Source: Planctomycetota bacterium
GTDB lineage: Bacteria; Planctomycetota; PLA2; JAEUHO01
Assembly (NCBI GenBank): GCA_965223505.1
Contig: CBDCWP010000013.1
Span: 192,001 to 256,000, forward strand
Length of the DNA stretch: 64,000 nucleotides
Reading direction: 5' to 3'
The notes beneath the pieces are model-generated. The model was given only the letters and a program-made list of their open reading frames with translations, had not been told where the DNA came from and did not search any database. Made by a program: the position numbers and the translations under genes. Of this stretch, positions 48,734 to 58,777 are shown in pieces; the stretch's first letter is position 1, and each line of letters opens with the position of its first letter.

Positions 48734-49057
48734 CCCCAACCCCGAGCGCACCCGGTTGACCCGCGCCTCCCGCCGATGGCATAATATCACGACTACACCC
48801 AACGACGCCGGGCCGCCGCCCCATGGCCGCCCGGCTCGACCTCGACGCCCTCTGCGTCGAGCGGGTGCGAACCGTCGCGACCGGGTCAACCGATATCACA
48901 CACGATGCATGCAGGACTTGCCGCCGGCATCTATGACGGCAACGCCGGCGCCTGGCGCCTCTATGTCTGATCAACCGCACACAACCGCATAAGTCGTCCG
49001 TGCGCGCGAGGAGGATGGGCCATCGACAGTCTAATCTATCTGGCGCAGTTTGTCGTT

Positions 49058-50950
49058 TTGGCGTTAGCTGCAAAGGAACTCGGCAAATGCAGCTTACTGG
49101 TAGGGCTGCCCCTGATTAGCGGCTTTTTGCTCACCGGCGTGTTGGCCGGGCCCTATGGCCTCGGAATGCTCGGGACCGAGGCCGTGCCGCATTTTCGCTT
49201 CATCGATGAAATCGCCCTCGCCTTTATCGCCTTTGCCGCGGGCTCCGAGCTGGAGCTGGCGCACGTGCGCAGCTCGCTGCGCGCCATCCTGGCGATTTTA
49301 TTGGGTCAGACCATCGTCGTGTTGATCCTCGGCGCGATCGCCTACGTCTTGCTGGCGGACGCCATGCCGTTCATGCAGGGCATGGCGCCGGCGGCGGTGC
49401 TCGCCATCGCCCTCATTGGCGCCACCATCATGGTGGCTCGCTCGCCCTCGTCCGCCCTGGCCATCATCAAAGAAATGCGGGCGCGCGGGCCGTTCACGCA
49501 AATTATCCTCGGCATCACGGTATTGATGGACGCGGTCGTCATCATCATCTTCACCGTCAATGTGTCGCTCGCCGACGTGCTCATTGAAGGCGTCCCGTTC
49601 CGCTTCGCCTTGGTCCTGTTCCTCATCTTTGAAATCGTCCTGGATATCGTCCTCGGGCTCCTCGTCGGCCAGATTTTGCGTCTCATCCTGGCGCTGTTTC
49701 GGGACGCCTATCTCAAAACCATCCTCGTTCTGCTGACCGGCTACGGGTTGTTTTATCTCTCGCACATCTTGCGCGGCGTGCACATCGGGCCGCTGCCGAT
49801 CGGCATCTTCTCCGAGCCCTTGCTCATCGGCTTGGTCGCGGGGTTTTTCGTCGCCAACTACACCCGTCACCGCGCCGAATTGCACAAAATCATCGAAGAG
49901 GCCGCCCCCTGGGTCTTTCTCGCCTTTTTCACCCTGGTGGGGGTGTCGCTCGAAATGGATGTGCTGCGGCACACCTGGATGGTCGCCGTGGCCTTGCTGG
50001 TGGTCCGCTTGGTGGGCATTTACGTTGGCTGTTTCGTCGGCAGCCGGGCGCTGAGTCACGGAACGAATCAAAACCTCGTGCTCGGCATGACGTCCATTAC
50101 GCAAGCCGGGGTCAGCATTGGCCTGGCCAAACAAGTCGGGGTGGAGTTCCCCGACTGGGGCAGCGGCTTCGCCACCCTGACGATCGGGGTGATCGTGTTG
50201 AATCAACTCATCGGCCCGCCCTGCTTTAAGTGGGCCCTTCGCCTGGCGGGCGAGGCGCATCCGCCGGCCGACACGCCCGAGTTCGACGGCGTGCGCGACG
50301 TGCTCATTTGCGGCGTCGACGAAGAGTCCCTCGCCCTGGCCCGCCTGCTCATCCGGCGCAACTGGAACGTGCAGTTGGCGGATTTTGAGGCGCAGCGCAT
50401 CGAGCGCCTGGTGTGGCCGGAAGTGAAGTCGCACATCCTGCCGGAGGTGAGCGCTGAAGCCCTGCGCGCCATTGAGATGGAAAAAGTGGAGGTCATCGTG
50501 GTCATGCTCGACGACGAGACCAATTATCAACTCTGCGAATTGGTCTACGAACGCTTTGGCGTCGCCCATATGGTGGCGCGCCTCTACGATCAGGCCAATG
50601 CGGCGCGCTTTCAGGAACTTGGGGTGCTGACCCTGCATCCCAACGCCTCCATGATCAATCTTTTAGATCACTGCGTGCGCTCGCCCTCGGCCGCCTCGCT
50701 GATCTTGGGACAAGAGGTGAATCAGGACGTCGTCGAGATCACCGTAGGCAATCCCGCCATGCACGGCCTGGCTCTGCGCGACCTGACCCTGCCGGTGGAC
50801 ACGCTGATCGTGTCGATCCGGCGCCACGGCCGCATTTTGCTGTCGCACGGCTACACGCGCCTGGAAGTCGGCGACGAGGTGACGGTGGTGGGCTCGCCCG
50901 AAAGTCTGGAAGAGGTGCAGTGGCAGTTTGAGTCGCGGTTGTACTCTTAA
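49058..50950 (+). CDS. Cation:proton antiporter (Kef-like) with RCK/TrkA-N and TrkA-C domains
   Basis: Many TM helices, AFAAGSEL, ARSPSS, TQAGVSIGL, C-terminal IVSIRRHG...LEVGD; true start probably slightly upstream. Confidence 0.85.
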   Translation: MALAAKELGKCSLLVGLPLISGFLLTGVLAGPYGLGMLGTEAVPHFRFIDEIALAFIAFAAGSELELAHVRSSLRAILAILLGQTIVVLILGAIAYVLLADAMPFMQGMAPAAVLAIALIGATIMVARSPSSALAIIKEMRARGPFTQIILGITVLMDAVVIIIFTVNVSLADVLIEGVPFRFALVLFLIFEIVLDIVLGLLVGQILRLILALFRDAYLKTILVLLTGYGLFYLSHILRGVHIGPLPIGIFSEPLLIGLVAGFFVANYTRHRAELHKIIEEAAPWVFLAFFTLVGVSLEMDVLRHTWMVAVALLVVRLVGIYVGCFVGSRALSHGTNQNLVLGMTSITQAGVSIGLAKQVGVEFPDWGSGFATLTIGVIVLNQLIGPPCFKWALRLAGEAHPPADTPEFDGVRDVLICGVDEESLALARLLIRRNWNVQLADFEAQRIERLVWPEVKSHILPEVSAEALRAIEMEKVEVIVVMLDDETNYQLCELVYERFGVAHMVARLYDQANAARFQELGVLTLHPNASMINLLDHCVRSPSAASLILGQEVNQDVVEITVGNPAMHGLALRDLTLPVDTLIVSIRRHGRILLSHGYTRLEVGDEVTVVGSPESLEEVQWQFESRLYS

Positions 50951-51039
50951 GCGGCGCGCCTCGACAAACCGCTATGCAAATGCGACAATCCGGCGAGGTC
51001 AACCCGTAACGTGAATTCCTCTCTACCATGGTCGTGACG

Positions 51040-51642
51040 ATGCAGCTGATTGTTGGATTGGGCAATCCCGGCCCAAAATATCTCCAGACCCGCCACAATG
51101 TCGGCTTCATGATCGCCGACGCCGCAGCGCAACGCACCCGCCTGCGCCTGTCGACCGCGCCCAAGGGGTCGAAGTGGACGGCGTGGCTCAAACGCCAAGA
51201 TCTCGCCGAAGCCGGGCAGGGCTCTTACCAGGGGCGCGCCTTTACCCTAATCAAACCGCTGACGTTTATGAACCGTAGCGGCGAAGCCGTGGCCCACTAC
51301 GCGCAGGCGCTGAATCTGGAGGCCCAGGATATTTTGGTGATTTTCGACGACATCAGTTTGCCGGTGGGAACCGTGCGGCTGCGCAAAAAGGGCGGTGCGG
51401 GCGGCCACAATGGCGTGCAGAGCATCATCGATCACCTTGGCACGAGCGAGTTTCCGCGTCTGCGCTTTGGCGTGGGCAACGATTTCGAACGCGGCGAGCA
51501 AGTGGACTACGTGCTCTCGCCCTTCGCGCCTGAGGAGCAAGAGACCGTGGAGGCGGCTATCGACCAGGCCGCTGAGGCGGTGCTGGCGTCGATCCGCGAG
51601 GGGATCGACATCGCCATGAATCAGTATAATCGCCGGGGGTGA
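51040..51642 (+). CDS. pth: Peptidyl-tRNA hydrolase
   Basis: LIVGLGNPG, TRHNVGF, KPLTFMNRSG, GGHNG. Confidence 0.96.
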   Translation: MQLIVGLGNPGPKYLQTRHNVGFMIADAAAQRTRLRLSTAPKGSKWTAWLKRQDLAEAGQGSYQGRAFTLIKPLTFMNRSGEAVAHYAQALNLEAQDILVIFDDISLPVGTVRLRKKGGAGGHNGVQSIIDHLGTSEFPRLRFGVGNDFERGEQVDYVLSPFAPEEQETVEAAIDQAAEAVLASIREGIDIAMNQYNRRG

Positions 51643-51667
51643 TCCGAGCCCCGCAAGCGCTCGGATC
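51641..51667. terminator. Hairpin between convergent genes
   Basis: GATCCGAGC...GCTCGGATC. Confidence 0.5.
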
Positions 51668-51681
51668 ATGGATAGGCTCTC

Positions 51682-52962
51682 TTATTTCGGCAACAACTTC
51701 TGCACGTCCCTCGCCATCTCTTCCAGCACCTTCTCCGGCTCGTCGATGCGGCTGCCGGAGACAATGGACTGCATGTCGTCAAAAATCACCTTGGTGATTT
51801 TCAACCCGTTTTTGCCGGGAAAGGCGTACCAGGTGCGCAGCAGCGGCAGTTGCTTCACGGCCGTGAAGTTGTTCGGATGCTCGGCGTAAAAATCCTTCAG
51901 ATAGACCTCATTGGCCTTCTTGTTGGGCGGCATATAGCCAGTGGTTTGCGCCACCACGGCGGCGCCGCGGCCAGAGGTGGCGAATTTGAGGAAGGTCCAG
52001 GCGGCGTTTTGCTTGGCTGGGTCTTTCGTCAGGAGCATGCCGGCGTTGCCGCCAGCGGGCAGGCCCACGACGTCGGGGTTGCCGTCTTTTAGCTCATAAC
52101 CGGGAAAGAGCGCCGTTTTGAGTTCGAACATGTCGCCTTTTTCCTCAGTGATCTTGGCCAGGCGCGAGGTGGACCAGAAAAACATGCCCATTTGCCCGGC
52201 GGAAAAAGGCGCGACGGCCTCTTTGACGCTGTAGTTGGGCATTATGCATTCTTTGGCCAGTTTGGCGAAGGTCTGCATGGCCAGTTTGCCGGTGTCATTG
52301 CCGAAGTTGACGCTCTTTTCGTCCGCCGTCAACATGGTGTTGTCGCGCGACCAGTTGAGCGCCTGCCAGAACCAGTTGCCGGTGATGTTCCAGCCCCAGA
52401 ACATGGTGTCGACATCGGGGACGTTGGCTTCGATCATCTTGCACAACTCGATGACTTCATCCCAGGTTTTGGGCAGCTCTTTGCTCCAGCCCGATTTCTT
52501 GACGATGTCCATGTTGTAGTAGGCAATGGGGAGGGAGATGGAGAAGGGCAGCCCGTAGACCTGGCCGTCAAACTTGCTCAAGTCTAACATGGCCTGGTGA
52601 TAGCCATCTTTGAAGAACTGATCCCCTTCTTCTTGAATGAAGGGTTCGAGCGATTGGGCAATGCCTTTTTCCACCAAGATGCGTTGGCGATTGAGCCCCT
52701 GGAACGTGATGTCCGGGGCTTTTTTGGTGATGGCTTCTTTGAGGACTTTTTGCGAGCCGTCTTCGTAGGACTCGTAGGGCGAACGGAATTTAACTTTTAT
52801 ATTGGGGTGATCCTTTTCGAATTCTTCCCCAATGATCTTATACGTCTCGTTGAACAAGACGCCGTAGGGGTACTGCACTTCGATAGTGATGTCTTCCGCG
52901 GAGGCGGCGCTGGCGAAAACCAGTAGCGCAGCGCTCAGGATCAATAGCAGTCGACGCAGCAT
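51682..52962 (-). CDS. ABC transporter substrate-binding protein (CUT1/UgpB-like)
   Basis: Signal peptide MLRRLLL...ASA; YGLPFSIS..AYYN, TGYMP. Confidence 0.88.
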   Translation of the reverse strand: MLRRLLLILSAALLVFASAASAEDITIEVQYPYGVLFNETYKIIGEEFEKDHPNIKVKFRSPYESYEDGSQKVLKEAITKKAPDITFQGLNRQRILVEKGIAQSLEPFIQEEGDQFFKDGYHQAMLDLSKFDGQVYGLPFSISLPIAYYNMDIVKKSGWSKELPKTWDEVIELCKMIEANVPDVDTMFWGWNITGNWFWQALNWSRDNTMLTADEKSVNFGNDTGKLAMQTFAKLAKECIMPNYSVKEAVAPFSAGQMGMFFWSTSRLAKITEEKGDMFELKTALFPGYELKDGNPDVVGLPAGGNAGMLLTKDPAKQNAAWTFLKFATSGRGAAVVAQTTGYMPPNKKANEVYLKDFYAEHPNNFTAVKQLPLLRTWYAFPGKNGLKITKVIFDDMQSIVSGSRIDEPEKVLEEMARDVQKLLPK

Positions 52963-52979
52963 GCTGGAATCTCCTTTTC

Positions 52980-53804
52980 TCACTTCATGCCGGTGAAGGT
53001 AATGCCTTCGATGAAACGCCGCTGCGCCAGTAAGAAGGCGATCACCAGCGGCGCGATGATGATGGCGGCAGTCGCCATCAGGGGACCGTAACTCGAGCCC
53101 CATTCCTCGTTGCGAAAGTTGGCCACGCCGAGCGGCGGGGTATAGAACGCCTCGCTCGACAGCACGATCAGGGGCCAGAAATAATCGTTCCAATGCGCCA
53201 CCACGGAGAAAATGCCAAAGGCGATGAGGGCGGGGATGGCGGTGGGCAACATGACGCGCCAGACGATGCCGAATTCGCTGATGCCATCCATGCGGGCGGC
53301 GTCGACGAGGTCGTCGGGCACGGTTTTGAAAAACTGCCGCATGAGAAAAATGCCGAAGACCGAAATCGTCCACGGGACGATGAGGGCGGCGTAGGAATCG
53401 AGAATGCCAATCTTGAAAAACAGCAAATACAGTGGAATGGCGATGGTGTGGGGCGGAATGAGCAGGCACAGCAGCACCAAGGCAAAGACGGCGTCGCGGC
53501 CCCACCAGCGCAGCTTGGCCAGGGCGTAGGCGCAAGGCAGGGCGATCAGCACCTGAAAGAGAAAGATGGTGACGGTGACGAAGACGCCGTTGAGCATGTA
53601 GCGTAACAAAGGCTGTTCAGTGAGGGCTTCACGATAGTTGGCGAAGTCCGGCATATTGGGCCAGAGCTGTAGCGTCGCCTGATAGATCTCGCTCTCGTCT
53701 TTGATCGAGGTGGAGAGCATCTCGACAAACGGTGCGAGAATGACGACAGCCCCGACCGTTAGTATCAAATGTTTGAGCAGCTCGCTAACCCAGTGGCGTT
53801 TCAT
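52980..53804 (-). CDS. Carbohydrate-type ABC transporter permease
   Basis: DAARMDG EAA loop, WNDYFWP. Confidence 0.92.
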   Translation of the reverse strand: MKRHWVSELLKHLILTVGAVVILAPFVEMLSTSIKDESEIYQATLQLWPNMPDFANYREALTEQPLLRYMLNGVFVTVTIFLFQVLIALPCAYALAKLRWWGRDAVFALVLLCLLIPPHTIAIPLYLLFFKIGILDSYAALIVPWTISVFGIFLMRQFFKTVPDDLVDAARMDGISEFGIVWRVMLPTAIPALIAFGIFSVVAHWNDYFWPLIVLSSEAFYTPPLGVANFRNEEWGSSYGPLMATAAIIIAPLVIAFLLAQRRFIEGITFTGMK

Positions 53805-54742
53805 GAGTAGTGCACCCGCTTCTCGATAAAAAAGACTTTGACCAGGGTCAGGATAAAAATGAAGATCAAAAACACCACCGTGAGACCAGCCGCGTAGCTA
53901 GAGCGGAAAAATTCAAAGGCTTCCTGGTAGATGGCGTAGACGAGCACCATCGAAGCGTTGTCCGGGCCGCCCTGGGTCAGCACGTGAACGGTGTCGAAGA
54001 CCTGGAAGGAGCGGATGGCGCTGATCACCACCACGAACATGGTGACGGGCGACAACAACGGCCAGGTGACCGTCCAAAAGCGATCCCAGGCGGTGCGGGC
54101 GCCGTCGACTTCCAGGGCGTCGTAGAGGTCGCGCGGAATCGAGGTGAGGCCGGCCATGAAGAGCACCATGTTGAAGCCGATGGTCTGCCAGATGGCGATG
54201 GCGCACAGCGCGAATAGCGCGGTTTCTTTGGTGGTGAGCCAGAAGGGGCTGTCGATGCCGAAGAAGCTCAGCGTCAGGGCGAGCAGGCCGAATTTGGGAT
54301 GCAGCAAAAACTCCCAGACGATGGCCATGGCGATGAGCGTGGACATGACGGGCAGAAAATACACCGAGCGCCATATGCCTTTGCCAATCGACAAGGACTC
54401 GATCAGCAGCGCGGCGCCGAGTCCCAGCATCACCGATCCCGGCACTACAATGGCGGCGTAAATGAAGGTGTTGAGCAGGGCTTTGCGGAACGTTTCCTCG
54501 CCCAGCATCTCGCGGTAGTTCTCGGCGCCGATCCAGGCGAAGTCGGCATCGCCGAGGCTCCAGTCGGTAAACGATAGCGCCACCACGGCAATGACGGGCG
54601 CGATGAGCAGCACGGCCATGAGGAAGAGGGCGGGGAGCGATAAGGCCCATCCCGTCAGGTGATCAAGGGCGCGACGGCTTAGGCTCAGCTTGACGCCAGG
54701 CGCCGCTATCGGCAAATCGAGAACTGCAGTCGGCTTAGCCAC
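53801..54742 (-). CDS. Carbohydrate-type ABC transporter permease
   Basis: LYDALEVDGA, FQVFD...LTQGGP. Confidence 0.92.
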   Translation of the reverse strand: MAKPTAVLDLPIAAPGVKLSLSRRALDHLTGWALSLPALFLMAVLLIAPVIAVVALSFTDWSLGDADFAWIGAENYREMLGEETFRKALLNTFIYAAIVVPGSVMLGLGAALLIESLSIGKGIWRSVYFLPVMSTLIAMAIVWEFLLHPKFGLLALTLSFFGIDSPFWLTTKETALFALCAIAIWQTIGFNMVLFMAGLTSIPRDLYDALEVDGARTAWDRFWTVTWPLLSPVTMFVVVISAIRSFQVFDTVHVLTQGGPDNASMVLVYAIYQEAFEFFRSSYAAGLTVVFLIFIFILTLVKVFFIEKRVHYS

Positions 54743-55898
54743 GCACGCGCTCCTGTTGCTCGGTCGCTGCGAGGCTTGCCGTCAGGCGGTCGCCAGCGGC
54801 GTCGAAGAGCAGCACATCCGTTGCGTCAAAGGTAATGTCAAGGCGATCGCCCACCCGCACTCGCGGCAACAGCGCCGGTGGGATGCGGGCGATAACCGGC
54901 TCCGGGCTGTCGGGATGCTCTAGGTGCACGAGCCCGTCGGAGCCCAAATTTTCCGTGTGCGTCACCGCGGCGCTGCCGCTCGCGCCCCGCGGTTCGGTGA
55001 CGCACACAACCTCGGGGCGAACGCCGGCCTGCAGGCGCGCGCCAGGCGTCGCCTCGGTGTCCATAGCGAAACGCCTGCCCGCGATGTCGATGGTTTTGGC
55101 GTCCACGACGCTGGCGGTAAAGCGGTTGATTTTGGGGCTGCCGATAAATTCCGCCACGCGCAGATCGGCGGGATTGCGGTAGATGTCATCCGGCGCGCCG
55201 ACTTGAATGAGATCGCCGTCCATCATCACGGCGACGCGATCCGACATGGTCATGGCCTCGGCCTGATCGTGCGTCACGTAGATAAAGGTCACGCCGATGC
55301 GGCGATGCAGTTGGGCGATTTCCGCCCGCATGTGCACCCGCAGTTTGGCGTCGAGATTGGAGAGCGGCTCGTCCATGAGAAAGGCGACGGGCCGGCGCAC
55401 CATGGCGCGGCCAACGGCGACGCGCTGGCGCTGGCCGCCGGAGAGCTGTCCGGGCTTGCGATGCAGCAGATGGGCGATGTCAAGGGTCTCGGCCGCATCG
55501 CGCACCTCGGTGGCAATGCCGCGCTCGATGGCGGCTCGGCCCGGCATCAAGCGCCCGAGCAGCGGCAGGCGGTGATGAAATCCCAACCGCCGCATGCGCA
55601 GGGGCACGGCGATGTTGTCAAAAACGCTGAGATGGGGATAGAGAGCGTAGGATTGAAACACCATGGCGAGGTCGCGATCGCGCGGCCGCAAGTGGTCCAC
55701 CGGGCGCTCGCCAATGCGCAGCGAGCCGCTGCTTTGCCGTTCTAAACCAGCGATAATGCGCAGCAAGGTCGACTTGCCGCAGCCTGAAGGGCCGACGAGC
55801 GTGAGGAATTCGCCGTCTTCGATCTCGAGGCTGATGTCGCGCAACACCTGGGTGGCGCCAAAATTTTTGCTGATGTGATGCAGGGAGACTTGAGCCAT
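54735..55898 (-). CDS. ABC transporter ATP-binding protein (UgpC/MalK-like)
   Basis: GPSGCGKST, LSGGQRQR, MDEPLSNLD; start MAQVSL. Confidence 0.94.
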   Translation of the reverse strand: MAQVSLHHISKNFGATQVLRDISLEIEDGEFLTLVGPSGCGKSTLLRIIAGLERQSSGSLRIGERPVDHLRPRDRDLAMVFQSYALYPHLSVFDNIAVPLRMRRLGFHHRLPLLGRLMPGRAAIERGIATEVRDAAETLDIAHLLHRKPGQLSGGQRQRVAVGRAMVRRPVAFLMDEPLSNLDAKLRVHMRAEIAQLHRRIGVTFIYVTHDQAEAMTMSDRVAVMMDGDLIQVGAPDDIYRNPADLRVAEFIGSPKINRFTASVVDAKTIDIAGRRFAMDTEATPGARLQAGVRPEVVCVTEPRGASGSAAVTHTENLGSDGLVHLEHPDSPEPVIARIPPALLPRVRVGDRLDITFDATDVLLFDAAGDRLTASLAATEQQERVRG

Positions 55899-55959
55899 AG
55901 GGGTCATCTCATGCCGGGTCACGTGTTGGTTGACGACGCGATGCGTGAGTCCGTAGAAT

Positions 55960-55977
55960 GACACAGGTTTATGGCAG
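55960..55977 (-). promoter_or_regulatory. Possible Pho box between the ABC operon and phnA
   Basis: CTGCCATAAACCTGTGTC matches 14 of 18 positions of CTGTCATAAAACTGTCAC. Confidence 0.35.
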
Positions 55978-56044
55978 CAGGATTAGGACAACGTTAAGAA
56001 ATGATGAAGATACAGACCAACTGCACAGAGGAAAGGGCGACACC

Positions 56045-57298
56045 TTGGGCGCTGACAGCATTGAACTAAACGGCATTCGCTATCAAAAACCATCGCGGCC
56101 GGTGGCGGTCGTGTGCATTGACGGCGGCGATCCGGCCTATTTTGAGCAGGGGCTCAAAGACGGCATTATTCCGACCATCGAGCGCTTTATGACGGACGGC
56201 TTCGCCGCCGTGGCGCGCGGCAGTATGCCCAGCTTTACCTGTCCGAACAACATGTCGATCGTCACCGGCACGGAGCCCGAGGCGCACGGCATTTCCGGCA
56301 ATTTTTACCTGAATCGCGACACCAATGAGCCAGTAGTGATGACCGGGCCGGAGTTGCTGCGTACGCGCTCAGTGATGGCGGAATTTTCGCGCCATGGCGT
56401 GCGGGTGGCGTCCATTACGGCCAAGGACAAACTGCGGCAGCAGTTGCAAAAGGACATGGACTTGACCTGCGGCTCCGTGAGCTTTTCCGCCCAATACGCT
56501 AGTCAGTCCAGCCTGGCGGAAAACGGCATCGACAACGTCCTGGACTTTGTCGGGCGGCCGCAGCCGGATATGTACTCGGCCGACTTGTCGCTATTTGTGC
56601 TCGACGCTGGCATTAAATTGTTGGAGACGCGCCGCCCGGATATTTTGTACCTATCACTGACGGATTTTATCCAGCACGGCCACGCGCCGGGAACGCCCGT
56701 ATCGGATCAGTTCCACCGCGATTTGGACGCGCGCTTTAGCCGCCTCGCCGAACTCGGGGCCGTCGTGGCGCTCACCGCTGACCACGGCATGAACGACAAG
56801 GCCGACGCCAATGGCGAGCCGAATGTGATTTTTCTCCAAGATATTCTGGATCGCGATTTGGGCATGGGCGCCACCACGGTGATTTGTCCCATCACCGACG
56901 CCTTTGTCGGGCACCACGGCGCGCTCGGCGGCTTTGTGCGCGTCTATTGTCACGAGGGGCGGCGGCCTGAAGAAGTGCTGGAGATCGTCGGCGGCTTGCC
57001 TGGTGTGGCGCAGGCTTGGGCCGCAGCCGATGTGGCGCGCGAGTTGGAGCAGCCCCTCGATCGCGAGGGGGACGTGGCGGTGATGGGCGACAAACACACG
57101 GTCATCGGCGGCCGCGAGGCGGACCACGATTTGTCCGCGCTCAAAGGCAGTCGGCTGCGCACGCATGGCAGCCTGTTTGAAGCCGATGTGCCGTTCATCA
57201 TTTCCGAGCCGTTGCAGGGGCCGTACGCCGAGCGCGCCGCAGCCGGCGGCCTGCGCAGCCGCGAGCTCTTTGAGTTTGTCTTAAATGGGGTGGAGTAG
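56045..57298 (+). CDS. phnA: Phosphonoacetate hydrolase
   Basis: VVCIDG, PSFTCPNNMSIVTG, YLSLTD..QH, TADHGMN, LRTHG; TTG start inferred. Confidence 0.88.
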   Translation: MGADSIELNGIRYQKPSRPVAVVCIDGGDPAYFEQGLKDGIIPTIERFMTDGFAAVARGSMPSFTCPNNMSIVTGTEPEAHGISGNFYLNRDTNEPVVMTGPELLRTRSVMAEFSRHGVRVASITAKDKLRQQLQKDMDLTCGSVSFSAQYASQSSLAENGIDNVLDFVGRPQPDMYSADLSLFVLDAGIKLLETRRPDILYLSLTDFIQHGHAPGTPVSDQFHRDLDARFSRLAELGAVVALTADHGMNDKADANGEPNVIFLQDILDRDLGMGATTVICPITDAFVGHHGALGGFVRVYCHEGRRPEEVLEIVGGLPGVAQAWAAADVARELEQPLDREGDVAVMGDKHTVIGGREADHDLSALKGSRLRTHGSLFEADVPFIISEPLQGPYAERAAAGGLRSRELFEFVLNGVE

Positions 57299-57395
57299 GT
57301 AAACGAAAAGCGCTCGGAGGAAAGCATCAGCGCCCTGCGAACCGATATGCGACTGGCGTCGGAAAGCGGGGCGTGCGCGAAGTCAATTAGCAGGG

Positions 57396-57617
57396 TTAGG
57401 ACTTAGGCCAAGGCTGCTTTAAAAATTGATACAGATCCTGAAGGATCGCTTCGGCTTCCTCTCGACTCGCCCCGACTGCCAACTCGAGCTGTTGATCATC
57501 GAGCTGCTTAAGTTGCATTTCTAACGCCGAGGACAGAACGACGATCTCATCTTCTGATAACTCTAGCTCGAGTAGGCGCACACTTGCGACCTCTCTTTCG
57601 GTAATTTGTTTCGCCAT
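57396..57617 (-). CDS. Small acidic hypothetical protein (possible immunity/antitoxin)
   Basis: 73 aa, Leu/Glu-rich, AGGA RBS, 11 bp after the upstream gene. Confidence 0.5.
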   Translation of the reverse strand: MAKQITEREVASVRLLELELSEDEIVVLSSALEMQLKQLDDQQLELAVGASREEAEAILQDLYQFLKQPWPKS

Positions 57618-57628
57618 TGTTCATCCTA

Positions 57629-57880
57629 CTAAGAGTTCTGAATCCAACGTCCAGATTGGAGACGGTGTTGACGGTTTCGCCGCGTCGTGCGAAAGCTGGT
57701 GTGATGTCTACCATCGGACGTGAAGACATGGGTGCGGCCATTTGGCCCTACATAAATCAAGTAACCACTATCGACATCCTGATAGACTTCGCGTGGATGC
57801 TCGCGATCTCTGAAAGCTTCCGCCGTCGGCCGGTCGTCTTGGCGATGTCGATCCTCACCATGCTCTGTGCGTTCAGACAT
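57629..57880 (-). CDS. Small basic hypothetical protein (possible RNase-like toxin)
   Basis: 83 aa, TEHG..R N-terminus, beta-meander pattern, His/Arg-rich; GAGG RBS. Confidence 0.45.
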   Translation of the reverse strand: MSERTEHGEDRHRQDDRPTAEAFRDREHPREVYQDVDSGYLIYVGPNGRTHVFTSDGRHHTSFRTTRRNRQHRLQSGRWIQNS

Positions 57881-58008
57881 TTACACCCCTCATCCCTCAC
57901 CATCATAAAACGAGTATAGCACACATCCGATCTTGACGGCGTCGCCGCATTCATCAAGAATAGGCGCAGGACATCGGAGCAACCTCAACACGCAAGGACA
58001 CGTCAACA

Positions 58009-58758
58009 ATGGGCAAATTCGATGGTAAAGTCGCGCTGGTGACGGGCTCGGGCCGCAATATTGGCCGCGCCACGGTATTAAAACTGGCGGCCGAAGGCGC
58101 CAATGTCGTGGTCAACGCCCGCAGCAATCGAGACGAGGCCGAGGCCGTCGCCGAGGAGGCGCGCGCCCTTGGTGTGAAAGCCTTGCCGATCCTGGCCGAC
58201 CTGGGCAAGCGCGATGAGGTCGAGCGCATGGTGGCGCAGACGATGGCCGAGTTCGGCAAAGTCGACATCTTGATCAACAACGCGGCGATCCGCCCGCACA
58301 AACCCTTTACGGAAGTGACGGTGGAGGACTGGGAAACGGTGCGCGGCGTGGTGCTCGATGGGCCGCTGTACTTGACCCTCGGCGTCATCCAATCGATGGT
58401 GGAAAATCAATACGGCCGCATTCTCTTTTTCACCGGCGAGGGGGCCTTTGTCGGCGGCGCTAGCCGCGCCCACGTCTCCGCCGCGAAGATGGGCCTGGTG
58501 GGCCTGGCGCGGAGTCTGGCCAAGGAGTTTGCGCCGCACAATATCCGCGTCAATGTCGTCTCGCCGGGCAGCATTGATACGACGCGCGCCAATCCTGAGT
58601 GGTATCAGGGACGCGCCCCGAACGCCGAGGGCATTCCCCTGCAGCGTCAGGGCACGAGCGAGGAAATCGCCGCCACCTGCCTGTTCTTGGTCAGCGAAGA
58701 CAGCGGCTTTATCACGGGTCAGACCATCCATGCCAATGGCGGCGTGGCCTTCTATTAA
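58009..58758 (+). CDS. Short-chain dehydrogenase/reductase
   Basis: TGSGRNIG, NNAA; atypical H-V-S-A-A-K in place of YxxxK. Confidence 0.88.
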   Translation: MGKFDGKVALVTGSGRNIGRATVLKLAAEGANVVVNARSNRDEAEAVAEEARALGVKALPILADLGKRDEVERMVAQTMAEFGKVDILINNAAIRPHKPFTEVTVEDWETVRGVVLDGPLYLTLGVIQSMVENQYGRILFFTGEGAFVGGASRAHVSAAKMGLVGLARSLAKEFAPHNIRVNVVSPGSIDTTRANPEWYQGRAPNAEGIPLQRQGTSEEIAATCLFLVSEDSGFITGQTIHANGGVAFY

Positions 58759-58777
58759 TTCGATTAAAGGGGGGCGC

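Noticed and set aside
48756..49020. Short ORF or GNAT-like remnant (GIYDGNAGAWRLY), and a possible frameshifted antiporter start at ATG 49015
   Set aside because: Too short to assign; the RBS-like GAGGAGG directly abuts the ATG, so the start is unresolved.
49298..50638. Long antisense ORFs (also 12666-13496, 22952-24133, 24951-26018, 26063-26989 and others)
   Set aside because: Shadow ORFs of well-supported genes, expected in high-GC DNA.
52963..53535. N-terminal extension of the 617-aa ORF; similar over-long starts for glyQS, srkA, the amidohydrolase and the dienelactone hydrolase
   Set aside because: They overlap neighbouring genes; downstream starts with an RBS fit the families better.
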